Shown in pieces: positions 57,332-64,000 of a DNA stretch of 64,000 nt (the first letter of the stretch is position 1; every line of letters starts with the position of its first letter). This stretch comes from a virus: the IMG/VR virus record IMGVR_UViG_3300020183_004379, positions 1 through 64,000 of that record, one strand, 5' to 3'. A program made the position numbers and the translations under genes. The notes below the pieces were generated by a model that did no database searches, was not told where the DNA came from, and worked only from the letters and a program-made list of their open reading frames with translations.

Positions 57332-58602
57332 TGAAACTGTTCCTCTTCTGTGCTGCCTTTCAATGCCTGTGTTGAAGCATCTTTTTCTATGGTAGTGGTC
57401 ACTCTATCGAAATAACTGGTACCTACTTCTCGCTGATGCTTGACTGCTTCAAATCCTCTGTCAGCGGCAGCGAACTCTTTCTCTTGTAGTTCCACAAATG
57501 CTGGCATGCCTTCCCTAGCATAGCCATGAGCCATATCAAACATATGGTAGTTAAGATTATGAAACCCAGCGAGTGTAATGAACTGGAACCGATAACCCAT
57601 TGCTCCAAGCTCACGCTGGAAACGGCTAATTGTGTCTGCATCTAGATTCTTCCTCCAATTAAATGATGGTGAACAGTTGTATGCTAACATCTTGTTCGGG
57701 AAATGTCTATGGATTCCTTCTGCAAAACGCCGCGCGAAATCAAGATCAGGTGTTCCAGTTTCACACCAGATAAGGTCTGCGTAGGGTGCGTAGGCGATTC
57801 CTCTGGCCAGAGCTTGATCGAATCCGTTGCGGGTGCGGTAGAATCCCTCTACAGTACGCTCGCCAGTGAGAAAAGGAAGATCACGATCATCTACATCGCT
57901 AGTGACAAGATTTCCAGCTTCGGCATCTGTGCGAGCAAGAAGGATGGTAGGAACGCCCAAGACATCGGCTGCCAGGCGAGCTGCCACCAGTTTGTTGACG
58001 GCTTCTTTTGTTGGTACAAGTACCTTGCCTCCCATATGGCCGCATTTTTTTACTGACGCCAGCTGATCTTCAAAATGCACTCCGGCAGCACCTGCTTCTA
58101 TCATGTGCTTCATTAGCTCAAATGCATTTAGCACGCCACCGAACCCGGCCTCGGCATCGGCCACTATGGGTGCAAAAAAATCTCTGCTGCCGGTGCCTTC
58201 CATCCACTGGATCTGGTCTGCGCGGGCGAATGTGTTGTTGATCTTTCGCACCACTGCAGGAACTGAATCTACTGGATACAGGCTCTGATCCGGATACATC
58301 TCTCCTGCTGTGTTGGCATCACCTGCCACTTGCCAGCCTGACAGATATATGGCCTTGAGACCGGCCTTGACCTGTTGCAAGGCCTGCAGGCCTGTCATGG
58401 CTCCCAAGGTGTGTACATATGGTTCAGTCTGTAACAGTTCCCACAGGCGATTGGCACCTAGCTTGGCATGCGTGTGTTCCACTTGCCGGCTGCCTTGTAG
58501 GTCTACCACATGCTCAGCAGAGTATTCGCGGCGCACACCGGCCCATCTGGGATTGATACTCCAGTCTTGCTGCATTTTTTTTATTCTTTGATCACGATTC
58601 AC
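57328..58602 (-). CDS. aceA: Isocitrate lyase
   Basis: [53 protein letters not shown]. Confidence 0.97.
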   Translation of the reverse strand: MNRDQRIKKMQQDWSINPRWAGVRREYSAEHVVDLQGSRQVEHTHAKLGANRLWELLQTEPYVHTLGAMTGLQALQQVKAGLKAIYLSGWQVAGDANTAGEMYPDQSLYPVDSVPAVVRKINNTFARADQIQWMEGTGSRDFFAPIVADAEAGFGGVLNAFELMKHMIEAGAAGVHFEDQLASVKKCGHMGGKVLVPTKEAVNKLVAARLAADVLGVPTILLARTDAEAGNLVTSDVDDRDLPFLTGERTVEGFYRTRNGFDQALARGIAYAPYADLIWCETGTPDLDFARRFAEGIHRHFPNKMLAYNCSPSFNWRKNLDADTISRFQRELGAMGYRFQFITLAGFHNLNYHMFDMAHGYAREGMPAFVELQEKEFAAADRGFEAVKHQREVGTSYFDRVTTTIEKDASTQALKGSTEEEQFH

Positions 58603-58625
58603 AGTTGTTCCTTTTGATAAAGCAG

Positions 58626-58631
58626 TATTTA
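58626..58631 (-). promoter_or_regulatory. Late promoter core TAAATA upstream of aceA
   Basis: GTAAATAC followed by AAGGA RBS. Confidence 0.55.
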
Positions 58632-58633
58632 CA

Positions 58634-59269
58634 CTAATCGTAGGTAACTGTGTCGGAATCTCCTAGTCGCCATTTGGGGTTAGTCTCGCACACATATTTC
58701 TTTGTGCAGACCTTGAAGTCGGGAAACAGCATTTCTTTGGGGTTGCTAGCCGCGTCGAAGAACAGGCAGCGATTGTTGGGTTGCGCGGCATACTGTCCGT
58801 TGGCCAGCTGTATGAAATTAAAGCTCTTGTGGTCTTCAGGCCATTCGGAATAACTGGTGTCCAGGACATTTAGATCAGGCGCGGCATTGTCCACTGTGAA
58901 CATGTAGTCGCCTGCGTACATGTTTTTGTCTTTGGCATAAAACTTGCATGTGAGATTGCGCAGGAACGCTTTCTGTATCACAGCGATGTCGTAGCTGAAA
59001 CAGTCCCATATCTGCAAGGTGTCTAAAGGTAAAAATTGCTCAGGGTCAATATCCTCTGTGCGTGACACATACGCATGCAGAGGTAGTTTGTCATAAAGTG
59101 CTCCATAGCGTGGAAGATAACTTTCTATACGAAATGCCTGGCTGCGCAGGCTCTTGATTGTGACCCAGATACAGGGTTCATACTCTCCATAGCCCTGTTT
59201 GAAATCGTACAGGAATTCTTTTCGCACCCAGCAGTGCACCGGCGGGAGATTAGCGACCAGGAAGCTCAT
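58634..59269 (-). CDS. Conserved hypothetical protein
   Basis: 211 aa; [16 protein letters not shown]. Confidence 0.75.
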   Translation of the reverse strand: MSFLVANLPPVHCWVRKEFLYDFKQGYGEYEPCIWVTIKSLRSQAFRIESYLPRYGALYDKLPLHAYVSRTEDIDPEQFLPLDTLQIWDCFSYDIAVIQKAFLRNLTCKFYAKDKNMYAGDYMFTVDNAAPDLNVLDTSYSEWPEDHKSFNFIQLANGQYAAQPNNRCLFFDAASNPKEMLFPDFKVCTKKYVCETNPKWRLGDSDTVTYD

Positions 59270-59573
59270 GTTGTATTGATTTGATTTCTTTGAGATCTTG
59301 ATGCGTTTGTTCCAGCAGAGTCTGCGCTGTGTCTACTCGTTGCAGGATGTCTGTCCACCAGAACACCATGTTGTACAGCGTTTTGACTACCCAGACGGTC
59401 CAAGCAGAGATGATCACAAACAAGGATCCGATGATCCACTGAGTGGTAATTCCAACAGTGCCGAGATCAAATACATGATATGCTGCCCATAGAAACAAAG
59501 TGCAAACAAATACCACAGCAGAGATTTTGTATCCCCACTGGCATTCTTTGCATGCAGTTGATGTTGGGGTCAT
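59250..59573 (-). CDS. 2-TM membrane protein
   Basis: Two hydrophobic segments then a coiled tail. Confidence 0.6.
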   Translation of the reverse strand: MTPTSTACKECQWGYKISAVVFVCTLFLWAAYHVFDLGTVGITTQWIIGSLFVIISAWTVWVVKTLYNMVFWWTDILQRVDTAQTLLEQTHQDLKEIKSIQHELPGR

Positions 59574-60004
59574 TGCAGTGTAGAGCGTAACATCCATGAA
59601 TGCTTGCGATGTGCATCCATGCGATTGGCCAGGAAATCTGCTAGGCCTTCTTCACCTAACTCTGTTGCGATGTCAAACACATACTTCAAAATCTTTACCA
59701 TTTTATCACTATCATCTAACAACTCGGCGACCATATCGCCGTCGTCAGGAATACTGGTTTCATCTTCAATTTGACTCAACATACTGAATCTTGTGTAGCT
59801 GGCAGGAACAAAAGCTCCAGCACTGCGAATTTCTTCTGCAAACTGATCAATGCTGCCATACACTTCCTCGTATATTTTGCCAAATAGATCATGTAGTTGA
59901 CTGAAAAAAGGTCCAGTCACATTCCAGTGATAATTATGCGCTTTTAGATAAAAACTAAATTCACTTGCAAAAGCTATTTTCAGTGCTTTGTGTAGTTGTT
60001 CCAT
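59570..60004 (-). CDS. dps: Dps / DNA-binding ferritin-like protein
   Basis: KAHNYHWNVTGP.F..LH..F, D.FAE.IR, K..WML. Confidence 0.93.
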   Translation of the reverse strand: MEQLHKALKIAFASEFSFYLKAHNYHWNVTGPFFSQLHDLFGKIYEEVYGSIDQFAEEIRSAGAFVPASYTRFSMLSQIEDETSIPDDGDMVAELLDDSDKMVKILKYVFDIATELGEEGLADFLANRMDAHRKHSWMLRSTLQ

Positions 60005-60020
60005 TGTGTTGTCCTAATAA

Positions 60021-61067
60021 TCAACTATCGTCTGCAGGAGCTGCTCTGGTGCCGCCACTGCCGTATCGAAAATTTTCTGCCAACTCCGATGACGACAATG
60101 ATGGTTCTTGTGTAAGCAATCGCCAGGTACTTGCTACTTTAATATAAGTTTCGTCAACTTCTATCCAATTGGATTCATCTGTTTTGATATAGGTATTGGT
60201 AACTGGCTTCCATACACCATCTACTTTTACATAAGGCATAGAAACTGGTTCCAGCGATACGATCATATGTCCAGGAGTGCCACTTGTGCCACTTGATCCA
60301 ACTTTTGCTGATACTCCGCCAGTGGCGTAAGTAGGTGTCACTGTGTATTCATCAATGCTGGGAGGAGTTCTACCACTGCCTGTGTATGTGGTCGCGCTTA
60401 CAACTGCGCCACCAACTGAGGCTACAAAACTTGCACCAGTTCCTCCAGCTAACGCACCTTGGTCGCCGCTGCGTAGTCCGCCGTACACACCACCAAACTT
60501 TCCACCACCACCACCACCGCCACCGCCACCGTCGCCGTTTTTACCTTGACCGTTTTGCCCAGTGCTACTGCTATTTGCACCAGTGGAAGGCGTTGCACTT
60601 GCATTTGCGCCGGCGGTAGTGCCAACATTGCCGCCGCCGCCGCCACCTCCTCCGCCGGCTGCAATAGCAATTATGGTATCATTAAGCAACAGTACTGATG
60701 CACCTCCTCCACCTCCGCCACTGCCAGAAGTGCCTCTTGCTCCGCAAGGCCCGCCTGTGCCGCCGCCGTAACGATTATTGCTAGTATCAATGTAAGATGC
60801 ACCTGCTGCGCCACCAGAAGTGCGTTTACCATTAGTGCCTGCTATTCCTTTATCGCCAATACCAAATTCTAGTACATCTCCTGCGGAAAGATTAAGGACA
60901 ATTTTAATTGCATTACCGCAGGCTCCTGCACCCCCTGCGCCAGGATTATCGTCGCCGCCTGCTCCGCCGCCGGCACCCCATAGATAAACAGTAGCTTGTG
61001 GCTGAAACCCAGCTGGTATTGTGATTCGTTGTGCGCGAGAAACAAATTGAAAATTGTACAAAGGCAT
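60021..61067 (-). CDS. Glycine-rich virion/adhesin-like protein
   Basis: LWGAGGG, multiple poly-Gly tracts, C-terminal YVK..G.W repeats. Confidence 0.65.
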   Translation of the reverse strand: MPLYNFQFVSRAQRITIPAGFQPQATVYLWGAGGGAGGDDNPGAGGAGACGNAIKIVLNLSAGDVLEFGIGDKGIAGTNGKRTSGGAAGASYIDTSNNRYGGGTGGPCGARGTSGSGGGGGGASVLLLNDTIIAIAAGGGGGGGGGNVGTTAGANASATPSTGANSSSTGQNGQGKNGDGGGGGGGGGGKFGGVYGGLRSGDQGALAGGTGASFVASVGGAVVSATTYTGSGRTPPSIDEYTVTPTYATGGVSAKVGSSGTSGTPGHMIVSLEPVSMPYVKVDGVWKPVTNTYIKTDESNWIEVDETYIKVASTWRLLTQEPSLSSSELAENFRYGSGGTRAAPADDS

Positions 61068-61069
61068 AG

Positions 61070-61348
61070 TTATTTTTTCGCAGTCTTGGCAGCATCTCGC
61101 CAGGCCTGTGCAGTTGGCGCTTTGGGATGATCTTTGTCTCTGCTGGTGCCTGCTTTCTTGCGTTTGTTCACATTGTAGTACAGGCCTTTGTTTTCTTCAG
61201 ATTCCTCCACTGGCACACAGTTGTTCACACGCACGCCGCCCTTCATCTTGGTGCCTTGTTTTTTGTAACCAGTCCAGCACTTGGGATCTAAACGCTGTTT
61301 GTCTTCATTTTTTGCATCCAATGCTTCAAACAATTCGTATATTAACAT
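61070..61348 (-). CDS. Small basic modular protein, putative internal head protein
   Basis: MLIYELFE N-terminus; CWTGYKKQG..NCVPVEE and GLYYNVNKRKK modules. Confidence 0.6.
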   Translation of the reverse strand: MLIYELFEALDAKNEDKQRLDPKCWTGYKKQGTKMKGGVRVNNCVPVEESEENKGLYYNVNKRKKAGTSRDKDHPKAPTAQAWRDAAKTAKK

Positions 61349-62061
61349 TATTGTATTCCTTTTGTTGCTATGCGCTTAAGATTGCTGGTCATAGTTTGAG
61401 CAGCTTGATTGTTTTTCAAAATTGGTTCTATGGCATTAACCACATGTGCCAATTGTTCTGCATCAGCAGCAGTGGTATGCTGGGGATCTTTTTCTATAGC
61501 ATCAACAGTTTTTTGTATGTTCAATGAAGGGTCAAGTTTTTTTAGACCTGTAATATTCTTGGTGAGATCTGCGGTTTGTTTAAGTTTTAATGCTGCCTGT
61601 TGGCTGTCTATTTGTTGTCCAGGTTGACCAGTTTGACCAGTTTGACCAGTTTGACCAGGTTGGTCAGGTTGACCAGGTTGAACGGGTTGATCATTGGCTT
61701 TGCTGGCCAAACTAGATTTTTGATCGCCTTGTGCTTGTAAAGCAGGATTAGTGTTGGCTGTGCCCACACCCGGTGGATTGATCTGTGCCACAGGACTGTT
61801 AGGTTGATCTGGGTTGGATTTATTCTGCGCAAGATTACCAACTTCAAACATTTTATATTCCAACATGAGACTTTCTACTAGATCTTGATCATAGTATTCT
61901 TCTTTGCTTTCATTGGCCCCAACCAGGCGTCCTGCAAAAGGATGTTTTTTACTGATGCCCCTGGTGGCCTTCTCATGACCGCGTACTTGGTCTCCAGCCT
62001 TTTGTTTTGGCTCTCCAGCAAATTTATCAATGCTCTCTAAGAGCTTGCGCATATCGCTCAT
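61348..62061 (-). CDS. Putative internal head protein with Gln/Pro-rich repeats
   Basis: MRKLLE N-terminus, HPFAGRLVG, GQP/GQT repeats. Confidence 0.6.
   Translation of the reverse strand: MSDMRKLLESIDKFAGEPKQKAGDQVRGHEKATRGISKKHPFAGRLVGANESKEEYYDQDLVESLMLEYKMFEVGNLAQNKSNPDQPNSPVAQINPPGVGTANTNPALQAQGDQKSSLASKANDQPVQPGQPDQPGQTGQTGQTGQPGQQIDSQQAALKLKQTADLTKNITGLKKLDPSLNIQKTVDAIEKDPQHTTAADAEQLAHVVNAIEPILKNNQAAQTMTSNLKRIATKGIQ
61617..61690. repeat. 9-bp tandem repeats (TTGACCAGT/TTGACCAGG) encoding GQT/GQP
   Basis: Read directly. Confidence 0.85.
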
Positions 62062-62237
62062 TTTTTCTTCCTTGGTTTTTTGACCGGCTGCTGAAAAGGG
62101 TTATCTCTCTGTTGATAATCTCCGCCAAACAAAGTGCCTGCACCTGGCTTTATAAAACTGGCCATGCCACCAGCACTAGAACTTCCGCTGCTGGCAAATT
62201 CTTGCAAATGTTTTGAAACTATTTCTTTTATTTTCAT
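62058..62237 (-). CDS. 59-aa protein (not in ORF track), putative internal head protein
   Basis: MKIKEIVSKHLQEFASSGSSSAGG...; TAAATA 5 nt upstream; ATGA overlap with the next gene. Confidence 0.65.
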   Translation of the reverse strand: MKIKEIVSKHLQEFASSGSSSAGGMASFIKPGAGTLFGGDYQQRDNPFQQPVKKPRKKK

Positions 62238-62242
62238 TATAG

Positions 62243-62248
62243 TATTTA
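62243..62248 (-). promoter_or_regulatory. Late promoter core TAAATA
   Basis: Exactly 5 nt before ATG 62237. Confidence 0.6.
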
Positions 62249-62572
62249 CTCAAGTAAAAACTGTGCCTGAGGTATGCTCACAGTGTTAAGTTTAATATTT
62301 TTTAATGACACATTCAGCCAACCACTTGGGTCCTGGATTGTCAATTTATAATTGCCGTGGTCAAGACTCAGGTAGTGTGTTTCGTGTATATAAAATGGAT
62401 TGAAAATATCAAACATTCTATCACTTAATAGTTCATTGCTAGGCTCTAGGTAGATCCGATAAGGCACCTGTTTTCCAAGCGCACGCAGCCCTCTACCCAT
62501 TGGATCTTTGAGCATTTTTTCTGTGTTCAAAGTCCAATGAACTTCGTACTCTAGTTTTACAGGTTGTTTCAT
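62246..62572 (-). CDS. Hypothetical protein
   Basis: 108 aa ORF, ATGA overlap. Confidence 0.65.
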   Translation of the reverse strand: MKQPVKLEYEVHWTLNTEKMLKDPMGRGLRALGKQVPYRIYLEPSNELLSDRMFDIFNPFYIHETHYLSLDHGNYKLTIQDPSGWLNVSLKNIKLNTVSIPQAQFLLE

Positions 62573-64000
62573 TTCTTAAATGCTCTAGATCTAATTCCGC
62601 CTTGTCTGCGAATGCGTTCTAACTCTTGGTGCGCCAGTTCTATTTCTTGTGCAATAGGATCAAGGTTCAAGTTTTTTAATTTCTTGTACACATGCTCCCA
62701 CATGGCAGCATTGTCAAGATGTTCACCGTTCCGCTCTAGCTCGGCGGCAAATTCTTTTACTCTGCGAATCATACTCTGTTTCCAGCCGCGTAAGGTCATG
62801 CGACCCATGCCCACATCAGGTGCAAATTCGCTGTTGTAGGGATCTGCCTTGTCATATTGATACAGGCTTTCTTCAACATCGTCTTCTGGCAGTTGATGTG
62901 TCTTTTTCAAGGTTTTGAACCTGTTTTTTTTGTAGTCCAAGCCTAGATGTTTGGAGTGGTCGTCTGCTTCCTGCACAGCCACACACGCAACAGGCACACT
63001 GATTTTGTCTTGATTGTGTATGTCAACAACCACAAATTTGCCTGCATAACCAAATGATTCAACGATTCCTGACAAGTTGGTCATAGGTCCTGCTGTGACC
63101 GTTACTATGTCTCCGATAGCAATCTGAGACTCTGTGGCCAGCATGCGCTTGATATTTCCTATTCTTGCAGCAATATCTCTGTGCTTGGTCCAAACTCTGT
63201 GATCATCACTGTACTCATAGTCTCTGTCAAACACACGTTCTAGATCTGCCAGTTGTTGTTCTAACTCTTGACGTTTTTCTGGAGACAAAGGCTCAGGTTT
63301 GGTCACAGGCATTTCTCTGCGCAGTGGCTCTTCATTGGTTTTTTCTTTAGAATTTTTTGGATAGCCATGTCGAATTTCTAATGCATATCCTGATAATCCT
63401 TGTTTGTTTAATACATTAGTGATAAATTTTTCTGCTTCTCGAGCATTGCTAAATTTATCACCAAGATTATATTGTCTTACTTCGCCGTCTATTATCACAG
63501 TAGCGATTGTAATTGGTTTAACAGGTTCAGAAGCCTGTGCAGGTGCTCCTAATAAATTAGCAGCGGCTAGTGCAGCTCCGGCTGCTTTACTTTTCCATCC
63601 TTCTTCAACATCGTCTTCTGGCAGTTGATGTGTCTTTTTCATGGCTTTGAACCTGTTCTTCTTGTAGTGTAGGTGCAGATTTTCATAACTATCCTCATCA
63701 AACTCGTCTTCTGCCAATTGTGCATCGTTGTTGGGCACAGCATCCTGTTTGGGAGTTTTAGATTTCTTGGTCTGGTTGGTAGATACTTTTACAAGATCTT
63801 TTTTTGCATTTTTCATTTTAGCCGCAGGAGGCTCAACAGGTTCCGGAGTGCCATGCGGAATTTTGTCAAGTATATGCCCTAGCTCTGGGTCAGTGCGCCC
63901 GTACAGTTGTTGTAAAAATTCTTTGCGTTGTTCTGGATTGTCACGCACTTGATTCCATAATTCTCGAGTTTGAGTTCCGTGACTGGCGTCGTAACTCTGG
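62569..64000 (-). CDS. 5'-truncated modular polyprotein-like protein with a duplicated basic peptide and a KOW motif
   Basis: Frame stays open to the window edge; YKKNRFK..KKTHQLPEDDVEE occurs twice; IGDIVTVTAGPMTNLSGIV (KOW). Confidence 0.7.
   Translation of the reverse strand, partial: QSYDASHGTQTRELWNQVRDNPEQRKEFLQQLYGRTDPELGHILDKIPHGTPEPVEPPAAKMKNAKKDLVKVSTNQTKKSKTPKQDAVPNNDAQLAEDEFDEDSYENLHLHYKKNRFKAMKKTHQLPEDDVEEGWKSKAAGAALAAANLLGAPAQASEPVKPITIATVIIDGEVRQYNLGDKFSNAREAEKFITNVLNKQGLSGYALEIRHGYPKNSKEKTNEEPLRREMPVTKPEPLSPEKRQELEQQLADLERVFDRDYEYSDDHRVWTKHRDIAARIGNIKRMLATESQIAIGDIVTVTAGPMTNLSGIVESFGYAGKFVVVDIHNQDKISVPVACVAVQEADDHSKHLGLDYKKNRFKTLKKTHQLPEDDVEESLYQYDKADPYNSEFAPDVGMGRMTLRGWKQSMIRRVKEFAAELERNGEHLDNAAMWEHVYKKLKNLNLDPIAQEIELAHQELERIRRQGGIRSRAFKK
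62869..63641. repeat. 41-bp perfect direct repeat (62869-62909 and 63601-63641), extending imperfectly about 27 bp
   Basis: TTCTTCAACATCGTCTTCTGGCAGTTGATGTGTCTTTTTCA at both sites. Confidence 0.9.

Noticed and set aside
56624-60004. Host chromosomal contamination
   Set aside because: The genes are coupled to phage-type neighbours and share the TAAATA promoter motif seen across the window.
61617-61690. CRISPR-like array
   Set aside because: The 9-bp units have no spacers and lie in frame in a coding low-complexity region.
62869-63641. Transposon ends or DGR template/variable repeat pair
   Set aside because: Direct in-frame coding repeat; no transposase or reverse transcriptase in the window, and too few mismatches to show adenine-specific mutagenesis.
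1045-63952. Numerous antisense and alternate-frame ORFs in the six-frame track (e.g. 2026..2583, 19995..20555, 34242..34844)
   Set aside because: They overlap well-supported genes, lack RBS and motifs, and look like shadow ORFs.

Overview
This is a 64 kb segment of a large (probably jumbo) T4-like tailed phage genome using the standard genetic code, with dense, translationally coupled genes. The + strand block (1-19187) is late. It carries baseplate/tail-fibre-type structural genes, followed directly by four glycosyltransferase-like genes and five tandem radical SAM genes with N-terminal twitch/SPASM-like domains. The - strand block (19147-64000) carries, in coordinate order: an amino-sugar pathway, thyA/folA, a MoxR-VWA pair, many small early genes and RNase H. 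It continues with a 7-deazaguanine pathway (queE, queD, folE, a second T-fold DpdL-like gene and a TGT/DpdA-like gene, but no queC in the window) interleaved with sugar-nucleotide enzymes and a GT-B glycosyltransferase. After that come a sliding clamp, a family B DNA polymerase, auxiliary metabolic genes (fatty acid desaturase, isocitrate lyase, Dps) and putative protease-processed internal head proteins. Leading candidates for new biology: (1) a possibly glycosylated 7-deazaguanine DNA modification; (2) two related H-type pseudoknot leaders in front of queD and folE that look like an uncharacterised riboswitch; (3) the glycosyltransferase + five radical SAM array next to the tail genes. I saw no tRNA, rRNA, CRISPR array, intein or intron. 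All calls come from reading motifs by eye; no database searches were run.
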